DNA of 64,000 bases from NCBI GenBank assembly GCA_964558665.1, contig CAZLFA010000003.1, forward strand, positions 22,952 through 86,951, in the 5' to 3' direction. This DNA comes from an uncultured Syntrophaceae bacterium. Its GTDB lineage: Bacteria > Desulfobacterota > Syntrophia > Syntrophales > PHBD01. The notes beneath the pieces were generated by a model that was not told where the DNA came from, ran no database searches, and was given only the letters and a program-made list of their open reading frames with translations. The translations under genes were made by a program, and so were the position numbers. Numbering within the stretch: position 1 is the stretch's first letter; every line of letters starts with the position of its first letter. Below, in pieces: positions 51,043 through 60,326 of this stretch.

Positions 51043-52254
51043 TTAGTTGGCTTTCTTCTTCTTTACGGCTTTTTTAACAGCCTTTTTCTTCTTCGGCTGC
51101 TTCTTCACAGCCTTATCATCGGCAAGGCCGCCATCCTGTTTGGGATTGGTGTCTATCATGGCCTGCACTCTGCGGTTCTTCTGGCGCCCTTCCAGCGTCT
51201 TGTTGTCAGCTATGGGTTTATCGGGACCGTAACCGGCTGATTTCAGGCGATCGGCACCGATGCCGAATTTACTGATCAGATAATTTTTCACACTTGCCGC
51301 ACGTGATCTGGAAAGCTTGATATTGGCGCTTCTGCTGCCGACGGAGTCCGTGTGTCCTTCGATCATGGCCGTGACCTGGGGATTCTCTTTCATGAAGTCC
51401 GCCACTTTCTTAATTTCATCATAGTACATCGGTTTGATCACCGACTTGCCGGTATCGAATTCGATATTGAGATCCATGGTGATGATCCGGGGAGCTTCCG
51501 CCTGCTTCTTCTGTTCTACAATAACCTCAGGCGGTTTCTTACCGAAGAAGACCGCTTCGACATAGCTCGCCATGTCGTTGGGTGCGCCGATGTTATCCGC
51601 ATTTGTCGCGAACCCGCAGCCGCCTGCATTCGCTATCTGTTCCAGAACTGCTTTGCCTCGCGGGCTGTTGCCGATCTGAATCGTATAGATGCAAAGCCTG
51701 TCTCCGAATTTGCTTTTCATGTTCTGTGCGGACTGGACCTGGGTGGCTCCCATATCCTCGCCGTCGCTGACGACGAGTACGGCAATCTTTCCGCGGGCGG
51801 CCTTCAGGTCATCTGACGATGCCGCTTCAATCGCCATCTCCAGGGGGCTCAGACCACCCCTCCGTCCCAGGTCGTCAAGGGATTTCTCCAGGCCGTCCCT
51901 TGTGTATGTTATCATACCATAACCCAGGCGCGTGTTGTGCATGCTGAAACTCTCGATGTGCCCGAATACGCGCAAGCCGGCATCCAGCTTGAGATTGGGA
52001 ATCGTCTGATTGATCTTGCTGATTGTATCCAGCGCTATATCTGCCTTCTGATATCCCTTGTAGTATTCAAGCATGGAAACTGAAAAATCTGTGATAATAA
52101 GAAAGGAATCCACTTTCTGCACATACTGTCCGCTCCGCAGCTTCGCATTCAGGTCTACCGGAGTAAATTCTGTTTTCACCCTTTCCGTTGCGCATGCAAC
52201 CATCATGAAAGACGCGACAACAAGTAAAACTGCCATCATAAATCTTTTCATCAT
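51043..52254 (-). CDS. lipoprotein with vWA-like domain and C-terminal OmpA-like peptidoglycan-binding domain, poly-Lys tail
   Basis: 403-aa ORF with RBS ggaggtgg. The lipobox is FMMVAC. A MIDAS-like DxSxS motif (ITDFSVSM) and VLVVSDGED suggest a vWA domain. The OmpA_C motif is FDTGKSVIKP...IEGHTDSVGS...N..LS..RA..V..YL. The tail is KKQPKKKKAVKKAVKKKKAN. Confidence 0.8.
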   Translation of the reverse strand: MMKRFMMAVLLVVASFMMVACATERVKTEFTPVDLNAKLRSGQYVQKVDSFLIITDFSVSMLEYYKGYQKADIALDTISKINQTIPNLKLDAGLRVFGHIESFSMHNTRLGYGMITYTRDGLEKSLDDLGRRGGLSPLEMAIEAASSDDLKAARGKIAVLVVSDGEDMGATQVQSAQNMKSKFGDRLCIYTIQIGNSPRGKAVLEQIANAGGCGFATNADNIGAPNDMASYVEAVFFGKKPPEVIVEQKKQAEAPRIITMDLNIEFDTGKSVIKPMYYDEIKKVADFMKENPQVTAMIEGHTDSVGSRSANIKLSRSRAASVKNYLISKFGIGADRLKSAGYGPDKPIADNKTLEGRQKNRRVQAMIDTNPKQDGGLADDKAVKKQPKKKKAVKKAVKKKKAN

Positions 52255-52269
52255 TCCACCTCCGTTTTA

Positions 52270-53193
52270 TTAAGATCTATTCTTCAACCTCTCATATATA
52301 TCATCATGCAAAGGCGTCGGGACCCCCAGTTCCCTGCCCGCCCTTACAATATAGCCTGTAAATATCTCAAGCTCCGTATGTCTTCCCTTTTCGAAATCAA
52401 GCTGTATCGATGTCTTTGTTTCATAAGGAAACGCCGTAACTTTCCCCAGTGTCACATTGACGATATTCTCCGGCAGATTGATGCCCTTCCTGCGTGCGAT
52501 CACTTCTGTTTCCTTGATCAGTCCGCGCAGCAGCCCCTGCAAACCTTCATCCTCCATGATGGCGCCGAAAGGCTTCATCAGCAGCGAAGTCATCCCCGCC
52601 AGGGGGCTTATAAAAATGTACTTCGTCCAGACATGCAGGGCAGAGTCCGCCGTCAGCTCAGATTTGATGCCGGCGGCGACAAATGCATCCTGTATTTGCT
52701 TATAAGATTCGATACTACCACCATCCGGTCCGAATATCAACTGGCATGAGCCTCCAACCTGGTTTATTTTTCCGGGACCTTCGATGCGGGAAGATATATA
52801 AACACATCCGTTGAGAACTATCCCGCGGGTCAAAACCTTTCGCAGACGGTCAACAATGTCAACCCCGTTAAGCAGGGGAATGACCACAGTATGCTCACGT
52901 ATGCTTTCGTTTATCATCGCCGCGGCAGCTTCCAGTCCATAACTTTTCACACAAAACAGTACAACATCAAAGGGGCCGGCTTCGCTGCTCTTATCGGTCG
53001 CTATTGAGGGAAAGGCCTTAAAAGAGCCTTCCTGCTGCGTATCGAGCTGCAGACCATTCTCCCTGATCGCCTTCAGGTTTTCACCGCGCGCTATGAATAT
53101 GATTTCATGCTCCCCTGAAGATCCGTATTTGAAAGCAAGTTTGCCGCCATAATATCCGCCGACGCCGCCGATGCCTGCTATTGCGATTCTCAT
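52270..53193 (-). CDS. panE: 2-dehydropantoate 2-reductase (ketopantoate reductase, ApbA/PanE family)
   Basis: 307-aa ORF. The N-terminal Rossmann motif is MRIAIAGIGGVGGYYGGKLA. The later motif is TKTSIQLDFEKGRHTELE (S...D...GR.tE), typical of PanE. Confidence 0.8.
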   Translation of the reverse strand: MRIAIAGIGGVGGYYGGKLAFKYGSSGEHEIIFIARGENLKAIRENGLQLDTQQEGSFKAFPSIATDKSSEAGPFDVVLFCVKSYGLEAAAAMINESIREHTVVIPLLNGVDIVDRLRKVLTRGIVLNGCVYISSRIEGPGKINQVGGSCQLIFGPDGGSIESYKQIQDAFVAAGIKSELTADSALHVWTKYIFISPLAGMTSLLMKPFGAIMEDEGLQGLLRGLIKETEVIARRKGINLPENIVNVTLGKVTAFPYETKTSIQLDFEKGRHTELEIFTGYIVRAGRELGVPTPLHDDIYERLKNRS

Positions 53194-53320
53194 ACTGCAA
53201 TTACCTCCCTGCCGATTTATATTTTTTCATACATTTCTTATTGTTAACGATTTTCTTGACATGCCGCATTGATTGCCATATGAGTGTTCAAAATAGACAC
53301 TGGAGGATCAAACCTTTATT

Positions 53321-53749
53321 ATGAACACCCCGGAACCCCTTTACACCAAGAAAGTGGTTATTCGCTATTCGGCAGATAATGTTGACCAGCCCATAATATG
53401 CCAGTTGGTCAAGATATTCGACCTCCAGTTTAATATTCTTAAGGCCAGAATCTTCCCCCGAAGGGAAGGTGTTATTGTTCTTGAGCTGGGCGGCTCCAGA
53501 GAAGCCTTTGATAAAGGCATCCGTTTTCTCAAAGAAAAGGGACTCAAGGTGGAGCCTCTTTCAAAAAGCGTCAATCAGAACTCATCCAAATGCGTCCACT
53601 GCGGCGCCTGCACTGCCTTTTGCCCCACAGACGCGCTGTCCATCGACCGGCAGACCATGAAGATCGTTTTTGACGCCGAGAAGTGCAACGGCTGTGAGCA
53701 ATGTGTGACGGCGTGTCCGGTGCACGCAATGGAAGTTAATCTCTTCTAA
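53321..53749 (+). CDS. NIL domain + 2x[4Fe-4S] ferredoxin domain protein
   Basis: 142-aa ORF. The N-terminal NIL-like domain is VDQPIICQLVKIFDLQFNILKARI....GVIVLEL.G. The C-terminus has CVHCGACTAFCP and CNGCEQCVTACP cluster motifs. Confidence 0.75.
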   Translation: MNTPEPLYTKKVVIRYSADNVDQPIICQLVKIFDLQFNILKARIFPRREGVIVLELGGSREAFDKGIRFLKEKGLKVEPLSKSVNQNSSKCVHCGACTAFCPTDALSIDRQTMKIVFDAEKCNGCEQCVTACPVHAMEVNLF

Positions 53750-53904
53750 TCCCGGTCCTGAATCAGAGCGCTAGCGGCGTTGGCTTCGTCGTCGGCTCCT
53801 CGCCCCTCCCTCTTTGTCCCCCTCCAGAGGGGGATACAGGGGGAGGAAGACTGCGTCGCCTCCTCCTTGCCGCCTTGCTATCATAAGGTCTGATTGAGAA
53901 CCGG
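53750..53904 (+). repeat. family C repeat, full palindromic copy (about 155 bp), starting 1 nt after the NIL-ferredoxin stop codon
   Basis: The terminal inverted repeats are ccggtcctgaatcagagc (53752-53769) and ggtctgattgagaaccgg (53887-53904), matching 15/18 when reverse-complemented. Internal G/C-rich hairpin: tccccct-ccag-aggggga. The arms are partly self-complementary. Confidence 0.75.
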
Positions 53905-53932
53905 AAAAGTCTGTTGTCAAAAACATCCCCAT

Positions 53933-54271
53933 TTAATCTTTCACCTTTGGACGTTCCTTCTTATCAACCTCCTTTTCCGATGAGCCTGTTATCTTTTTTC
54001 CCTTCTCGTAGATGTCCTTTCCTTTCTGATAAACGTCTTTCCCGGTATCCACAACCTGCTGCGTCTGTGTCTTCGTCTTGTCAATGGCTTCACGTATGCT
54101 CTTTGTACCCTTAAAATAGAAGTATCCCGCCATGGCCATCAAGATGAGCGCAAACAATATGGCCATTTTTATAATCTGCTTGAATATGAAATAGAGAATA
54201 ACGATGCAAACGATGATTAACAGGATTATCGCCATCGGGTGGGCGGACAGGTAATGTATGATTCCCTCCAT
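53933..54271 (-). CDS. small membrane protein with Lys-rich C-terminal tail, function unknown
   Basis: The start is placed at the ATG at 54271 (RBS ggagga 5 nt upstream) rather than 54286. It has two hydrophobic helices (MAIILLIIVCIVILYFIF, MAILFALILMAMAGYFYF). A repetitive tail follows (GKDVYQKGKDIYEKGKK). Confidence 0.55.
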   Translation of the reverse strand: MEGIIHYLSAHPMAIILLIIVCIVILYFIFKQIIKMAILFALILMAMAGYFYFKGTKSIREAIDKTKTQTQQVVDTGKDVYQKGKDIYEKGKKITGSSEKEVDKKERPKVKD

Positions 54272-54412
54272 GCTTTTCCTCCGCATCAGAATGCATGAAA
54301 ATTTACTCCAGTTTTCCTTTAAAATCCAGCTTTTCTTGCACAGCTCTTTAATCTTGACAAACTCAGGATATGGCGTCTAAGTATTTTTTTACTATTACCG
54401 AGGTTATAAGAA

Positions 54413-55717
54413 TTGATCAAAGTGGCATTTGCAACCCTGGGCTGCAAGGTGAATCAGTATGATACCGCAGCCATGGTGCAGGCAATCGGCAGTACGTCAA
54501 TTGTTCCGTTTAATTCCCCGGCTGACTGTTACATCGTGAATACATGCACCGTCACGGCGAAGACGGACTATCAGTCCCGGCAGCTGATCCGCAGAGCGAT
54601 CCGCTGCAATCCGGAAGCCTGCGTAATCGTCACCGGGTGCTATGCGCAGAGAGCTCCCGATGAACTGATGGCGATTCCGGGGGTCACCGTTGTCGCAGGC
54701 AACAGTGAAAAGGATGATATAGTCCGGATAATCGGTGAGATGGTGAGAGGGCGCCGGCAGATCATGGTCGGCGATATAAAAACACATGCAGGTTTCCCGC
54801 TTCTCGATGCCGCCGATTTCCCTGGCCACACCAGGGCCTTCCTGAAAATTCAGGACGGCTGCAATGCACGCTGCAGCTACTGCATAGTGCCTCTCGTGAG
54901 GGGACCGGCCCGCAGCCTCCCCGAAAACGAAGTGCTGAGGCGAATCGGGATTCTTGCTGAAAAAGGATACAGGGAGATCGTCCTGACCGGTATCCACATA
55001 GGCACTTACGGACAGGATCTGTCTCCGCGTTCCAATATCGCCGCTATGATCGAAAAAATTATACGGCAGCGAAGCATTGAACGCCTGCGGCTGAGCTCTA
55101 TTGAACCGCAGGAGGTTACAGATGACCTCATTTCCCTGATAAAGGAAAACAGGACCATCTGCCACCATCTTCATATTCCGCTTCAAAGCGGCGACGACAG
55201 AATTCTGGCGGACATGAACAGGGTTTACGATACCGGATTTTTCATGCGGCTGGCTGACAAACTGGTACAGGCCATTCCTGAACTGGCAATAGGGATAGAC
55301 ATCATGGCCGGTTTTCCCGGTGAGGACGAAGAGTCCTTTATCAGATCATCTGAATTTGCAAAGTCGCTTCCGGTTGCATATTTTCATGTTTTCCCGTATT
55401 CTCAAAGGCCGGGGACGCCCGCTTCCGTCATGGCAGCCCAGGTGGGGGAACAGGAAAAAAAGAGAAGGGCGCAGATATTGAGGGATATCGGGCTCGCGAA
55501 AAGAAATTCGTTCATGAATATGTGTCTGGGGAGTTTCCTGGACGTCCTTATTGAAAATGCAAAAGACAAAACAACCGGCCTTATGAAGGGATTTTCCGAT
55601 CACTACATGCCGGTGCTGGTTAGAAACGGGAATCGTTCACATGCTAACAAAATTGTTCGCGTTGCTGCAGAAGCTGTCAAAGACGGAAAGATCATCGGAA
55701 CAGCAGCCGGCATTTGA
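54413..55717 (+). CDS. mtaB: tRNA (N6-threonylcarbamoyladenosine) methylthiotransferase MtaB (MiaB-like radical SAM)
   Basis: 434-aa ORF with a TTG start and RBS gaggt. The UPF0004 N-terminal domain is VAFATLGCKVNQYD...NTCTVT...VTGCYAQ. The radical SAM cluster is GCNARCSYCIVP. A C-terminal TRAM-like region is present. Confidence 0.85.
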   Translation: MIKVAFATLGCKVNQYDTAAMVQAIGSTSIVPFNSPADCYIVNTCTVTAKTDYQSRQLIRRAIRCNPEACVIVTGCYAQRAPDELMAIPGVTVVAGNSEKDDIVRIIGEMVRGRRQIMVGDIKTHAGFPLLDAADFPGHTRAFLKIQDGCNARCSYCIVPLVRGPARSLPENEVLRRIGILAEKGYREIVLTGIHIGTYGQDLSPRSNIAAMIEKIIRQRSIERLRLSSIEPQEVTDDLISLIKENRTICHHLHIPLQSGDDRILADMNRVYDTGFFMRLADKLVQAIPELAIGIDIMAGFPGEDEESFIRSSEFAKSLPVAYFHVFPYSQRPGTPASVMAAQVGEQEKKRRAQILRDIGLAKRNSFMNMCLGSFLDVLIENAKDKTTGLMKGFSDHYMPVLVRNGNRSHANKIVRVAAEAVKDGKIIGTAAGI

Positions 55718-56444
55718 CGGTGAGAGACATCTCCAGTTGCAGGAACTGGAAAAAAGGCTCGATTATCAGTTTAAAGACATTAATCTGCTGAACGTCGCTC
55801 TTATTCACCGCTCGTATGCCAATGAAAGAAACGCAAAGGGCGTGACCGACAATGAACGCCTGGAGTTTCTGGGAGATGCCGTTCTTCAGTTGTGCATCAG
55901 CGATTTTCTGATGAAGAGGTATCCGGATTACGCCGAGGGGCGGCTGTCCAAACTCAGATCGTCGCTTGTCAACGAAAAGCCCCTTGCCGAACTCGCCGTA
56001 GAATTCAACATCGGCGATTACATGCTTCTGGGCAAAGGTGAAGAGAATTCCGGGGGAAGGACAAAGCAATCGCTTCTCTCCAATACCCTTGAAGCCGTCA
56101 TCGCCGCCGTGTATCTGGACGGCGGCCTGGCTGAATGCGACCGCTTTATCAAAAGGTATTTTACCCCGATGATCGACAACGGCAGCCAGAGGGTGTTATA
56201 CACAGACTATAAAACAGCGCTTCAGGAAAAAAGCCAGAAGCTGTACAAAGAAACTCCTGCATATTCGCTTGTCGAGGAATCCGGGCCGGACCACGACAAG
56301 ACATTCAGCGTGGAGATGACGCTCGCCGGATCAATTAAAACCACCGGCAGCGGCAAGAATAAAAAGGTGGCTGAGCAGGAAGCGGCCAGGAAAGCGCTGG
56401 AGTTGATTCATGATATGGAAAAGAACCTTCCGGAATCAGATTGA
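55641..56444 (+). CDS. rnc: ribonuclease III
   Basis: LEKRLDYQFKDINLLNVALIHRSY....NERLEFLGDAVL is the RNase III signature. The C-terminal dsRBD is DYKTALQE....P.Y.........HDKTF.VE....GSGKNKKVAEQEAA. The start is uncertain. The ATG at 55641 overlaps mtaB by 77 nt. An in-frame TTG at 55737 (preceded by ggtgagag) lies after the mtaB stop and is an equally plausible start. Confidence 0.88.
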   Translation: MLTKLFALLQKLSKTERSSEQQPAFDGERHLQLQELEKRLDYQFKDINLLNVALIHRSYANERNAKGVTDNERLEFLGDAVLQLCISDFLMKRYPDYAEGRLSKLRSSLVNEKPLAELAVEFNIGDYMLLGKGEENSGGRTKQSLLSNTLEAVIAAVYLDGGLAECDRFIKRYFTPMIDNGSQRVLYTDYKTALQEKSQKLYKETPAYSLVEESGPDHDKTFSVEMTLAGSIKTTGSGKNKKVAEQEAARKALELIHDMEKNLPESD

Positions 56445-56474
56445 CGCTGAAATGACATATTCGTTATCCCGCCT

Positions 56475-57488
56475 ATGATTATCCCCTTTTTTATAAACAA
56501 CCGCGGCTGTCCTCACCGCTGCATCTTCTGCAACGAGAGAATGATCGCCGGAGACCGCCCCGAAGAAATTACAGCTTCATATATCTCCGAAACGGTAAAT
56601 CTGTTTCTGCGCAAAGCCGGGAATAAAAATAATATCCAGATAGCCTTTTACGGCGGGAATTTCACCGGTATGGACCGGTCCGCGCAGGAGAGTTTCTTAA
56701 GCTATACAGCGCCGTTCATTGAAAACGGCAGTGTGGCTTCCCTGCGTATATCGACAAGACCGGACGCCATCGACGAGGAAAGACTCGACCTCCTTCAGGC
56801 ATCCGGCGTCAGGTCGGTGGAGATCGGCATCCAGTCAATGGACGATGAAGTCCTTGAGCGAGCAAAGAGAGGACATACCGCCGCCGATGTAATCAGGGCG
56901 GTTGCCATGCTCAAGGAAAGAGGTTTTGAGACAGGCGTCCATCTGATGGCCGGTCTGCCGGGGGACAATGAGGAGCGATTCAAACGCACGGTGGAGAAGG
57001 TTATCGCACTTGCGCCGGCGTCGGTCAGAATCCATCCCGTCATTGTCTTTCGCGATACGGAACTGGCGGAAATGTTCACAGCCGGGGAATATAAACCGCT
57101 GAGCATCGATGAAGCTGTCTGCCTCTGCAAGGAGCCAGTAAAGAAGTTCCAGGCGGCGGGGATACCGGTGATCCGCCTCGGCCTGCAGACAACTGCCGAG
57201 ATGGAGCAACCGGGCAGCATCCTGGCCGGGCCTTTTCATCCGGCGTTCGGCGCGCTGGTCTATGAATCGATATTTGCAGACATGGCACTCTCACTTCTGT
57301 CGGAGAAAAAGATACTGGGCACAAAGATCGGTTTCAGAATCTCTCCGCAGGATGTCTCGCATCTGCGGGGGCACCGTAACAGAAACCTGAAGTCAATTAT
57401 GAAGCGCTTCGGGCTCGATGACATCACCGTCATATCCGATCCGCAGCAGACACGGGGAGAAATTGCCCTCCTGGAAAACGACGGATGA
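56475..57488 (+). CDS. radical SAM protein (Elp3/HemN-like, COG1243-type)
   Basis: 337-aa ORF. The N-terminal cluster motif is GCPHRCIFCN (CxxxCxxC). FYGGNFTG, SVEIGIQSMDDEVL and GLPGD are typical of the Elp3-like radical SAM core. Confidence 0.8.
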   Translation: MIIPFFINNRGCPHRCIFCNERMIAGDRPEEITASYISETVNLFLRKAGNKNNIQIAFYGGNFTGMDRSAQESFLSYTAPFIENGSVASLRISTRPDAIDEERLDLLQASGVRSVEIGIQSMDDEVLERAKRGHTAADVIRAVAMLKERGFETGVHLMAGLPGDNEERFKRTVEKVIALAPASVRIHPVIVFRDTELAEMFTAGEYKPLSIDEAVCLCKEPVKKFQAAGIPVIRLGLQTTAEMEQPGSILAGPFHPAFGALVYESIFADMALSLLSEKKILGTKIGFRISPQDVSHLRGHRNRNLKSIMKRFGLDDITVISDPQQTRGEIALLENDG

Positions 57489-57520
57489 TCTCTCAAGGCA
57501 GGATCTGAGATAAAAGCAAA

Positions 57521-58150
57521 TCAGATAAGCCCTGACTGCACGGCATATCTTACAAGGTCGGCAACGGAATGCAAGCCAAGCTTTTCCATAATATTAGTGC
57601 GATGGCTGGCAACCGTCTTTATGCTGATGCATAACTCTCCGGCAATGTCTCTATTTTTCTGTCCCAATGCAATTTGACGAAGGATCTCCTTTTCTCTTGC
57701 TGTAAGAAGAAGGAGTTTATCGGCTTTGTCTCCATGATTATCACAAAGAAGTTTTTCTGAGATGTCCGTGCTGATAAATTTCTTACCTGCCTTTACTGTT
57801 TCGACCGCATAGATGAGATCCCTGAAGGTGTTGTCTTTCAGAAGATAGCCGGCGGCACCTAGTTTTATGGCCCGGCTGGCTAGGGCAGCGCTATTGTGCA
57901 TTGTAAGCAGGATAATTTTCGTATTTATTCCATCATGTTCCCGTAACTTTTCGATGATCTGCAAGCCGTCCATGCCAGGCATGGAGATATCGATCACCGC
58001 CACGTCGGGTTTTTCGTTTTTAATTAATTGAAAGGTACTTTCCCCATCTCCGGCATCTCCGATTACTCTTATATGACATGCAGATGCCAGCATCCGGAGC
58101 AGTCCTTCCCGAAATATCTTGTGATCATCTGCGACAATCAAGCTTATCAT
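57521..58150 (-). CDS. NarL/LuxR-family response regulator
   Basis: 209-aa ORF. The receiver domain is LIVADDHKIFREGL...DVAVIDISMPGMDG. The LuxR HTH is LTAREKEILRQIALGQKNRDIAGELCISIKTVASHRTNIMEKLG. The start overlaps the kinase stop by 4 nt. Confidence 0.9.
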   Translation of the reverse strand: MISLIVADDHKIFREGLLRMLASACHIRVIGDAGDGESTFQLIKNEKPDVAVIDISMPGMDGLQIIEKLREHDGINTKIILLTMHNSAALASRAIKLGAAGYLLKDNTFRDLIYAVETVKAGKKFISTDISEKLLCDNHGDKADKLLLLTAREKEILRQIALGQKNRDIAGELCISIKTVASHRTNIMEKLGLHSVADLVRYAVQSGLI

Positions 58151-59985
58151 TGCAAAGGTACCTCAACAATAACGGATGTTCCCATCCCCGGTGCCGTCCT
58201 AATTTCCAATGCACCCCCCAGGAGCACCGCCCTCTCCCGCATAATGGACAACCCCAGTCCTTTTGAAGATTCCTGTATCCGGGCCGCGTCAAAACCCTTT
58301 CCATTGTCGATAATTTCTATGACCAGTGCCTCGTTCCGCATCGTGAGATTCACATGTACCATTGTGGCTGATGCATGCTTCAAAATGTTCATCATGCCTT
58401 CCCGATAGATGCGATAGGCATTGTACTTGGTTTGTGACGGAAGCTCTCCGATGTCCGCTGCACTGACGGCAATCCTGATCCCGGAAGTTTGTTCCAGACG
58501 TTTCCCATCATCCACGATCGTCTCTGACAGGTCAAGCCTGTTAAATGATGATGGTCGCAATGAAGTTGATATATTCCTTACGTCATTGATAGTTATTCCT
58601 ATTGCCTCTCTAAACTCCAATATCGTCTCCTGTTTGATCGCACCGCAATTTTCTATGCTTGCTTCCATCATATCCAGATTCAGTTTGATAGCCTGCAGAG
58701 ATTGTCCGATGCCATCGTGCAACTCCCGGGCAAGTCGCTCTCGTTCCTGTTCCTGAGTGATGAGGACTTTCTCTGTCAATTCTATTTGATCTCTGCGTAT
58801 GCGTGCAAACAGCTTTATCATGGCGTAAATCTGCAAGTACATAAAAACAGGACCGCCAAGTATCCAAAGGAATTCTTCGTAGAGACGGAATGGATGGAAG
58901 TGAAATAATGCTTTAGAGGCAAAGAGGATGCCGGATAAGGCGATGCAGCAATTACTCATGAGAATGATGCCTGCCTCATATTTTTTCTCGACAAAGTTTT
59001 GAACAGATATATTGAGAACCCAGGCGCCGGAAACAGCAACTCCGAAAAGCCAGGCATACGGCAGCAATGAGAGGTAATGTCCGCTGAAGAGAAAAAGAAT
59101 CAGCAGGGAAGACATAACAGCAACCGTCGTAAAAATCTTTGTAAATAAAGTGAGGGGGTTATTCTGGAGCAAAAGGATTGTTGCAGGTATAAGGCCGATG
59201 CACGCGAAATATAACTGCTGAGTAAACGGCGTTTTCCAGCTGGTGGTGCAGAATAACAGGCTGTCTATGGTGTATACGACCAGATAGAGGAACATAAAGA
59301 TGCCGAAAAAGCACATCCGATAGGGTAATGTTCCGGAAATGACATTCATTATCAGAACCATGATATTCAGGATCAGTATGACGAAGATAACCGTCTCGAT
59401 CGAAGTCTGCCGGGATTCGAGATTCAGTTTCTCAATAAGCAGCGTTATATAGTTGCCGATTCTGATTCCTTCCGCGAAATCCTCCCGGTCCGGATACATG
59501 GACATGACCCGTACAGCTAGAATGTTATCCTTTCCCGGCCGGATAAGTTCAGATGGAATCCGGTATAGCCGTTCCACCTTGGCGGCACTGACAACCTTGT
59601 CACCAATAACTCCCTCGCCGCCGATCTTCACTCCGTTAAGATACACCTCATCTGCGCCGCTGATGCGTCCCAGCAGAATCGCCGGATCAGTCCATGCAGA
59701 CGACACGGGCAATGAAAAATGAATTCTATACCATCCGGTACTGCGTGCCTTCAGGAATGAATCCGGCCAACGCTTCACCGAACTCTGCAAACCCCAAAGT
59801 CGATCATTATACGCAGGCGAGTGCCATGCAGAATTGTCGCCGAAAGAAAAGAGAACAGTTCCCGAAATCGGCACATAGTCGGCGGGCTTCTCGCACAGTG
59901 CTTCACCGGAAATGATATACTGGAAAAACAAGATCATACAGGCGCAGAGAATACGATGACGAAACAGAAGATGCATCAGGACCAA
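58147..59985 (-). CDS. 7TMR-DISM-type sensor histidine kinase (HisKA_3/NarX-like transmitter)
   Basis: 612-aa ORF. An N-terminal extracytoplasmic beta-rich domain is present (GWYRIHFSLP, YLNGVKIG, as in 7TMR-DISMED2). Seven hydrophobic helices follow. The H-box is LARELHDGIGQSLQAIKL and the HATPase_c motifs are NILKHA, DNGKGF and GLGLSIMRERA. Confidence 0.85.
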   Translation of the reverse strand: MVLMHLLFRHRILCACMILFFQYIISGEALCEKPADYVPISGTVLFSFGDNSAWHSPAYNDRLWGLQSSVKRWPDSFLKARSTGWYRIHFSLPVSSAWTDPAILLGRISGADEVYLNGVKIGGEGVIGDKVVSAAKVERLYRIPSELIRPGKDNILAVRVMSMYPDREDFAEGIRIGNYITLLIEKLNLESRQTSIETVIFVILILNIMVLIMNVISGTLPYRMCFFGIFMFLYLVVYTIDSLLFCTTSWKTPFTQQLYFACIGLIPATILLLQNNPLTLFTKIFTTVAVMSSLLILFLFSGHYLSLLPYAWLFGVAVSGAWVLNISVQNFVEKKYEAGIILMSNCCIALSGILFASKALFHFHPFRLYEEFLWILGGPVFMYLQIYAMIKLFARIRRDQIELTEKVLITQEQERERLARELHDGIGQSLQAIKLNLDMMEASIENCGAIKQETILEFREAIGITINDVRNISTSLRPSSFNRLDLSETIVDDGKRLEQTSGIRIAVSAADIGELPSQTKYNAYRIYREGMMNILKHASATMVHVNLTMRNEALVIEIIDNGKGFDAARIQESSKGLGLSIMRERAVLLGGALEIRTAPGMGTSVIVEVPLQ

Positions 59986-60326
59986 ACCTTTTTAGAAGTG
60001 GTTTATCCATTAAGTATATTTTGACTATTTGTCAACCTATTCATGGAGATATAAGAATGAAAACCATTAGCCGTACATTGAAATAACGCTGAAAAAGCTG
60101 CCTTGGCGGAATGATGCTTTTTAATAAATATATGCCTCATAACATTTGTACCCGGTGAATTAAACAAAGTATCGCATGCCTTTCCATAGGGTATTCACCC
60201 TATAAATATCAGACCTGCGCTCGATTGACGGCAGTGAGAAACCCGTATTATCTGGAATCGATCAAATCATTGAATATATAATATTCTTAAACAGATAATT
60301 ACCAACAATAGATAATGGGGGTAACG

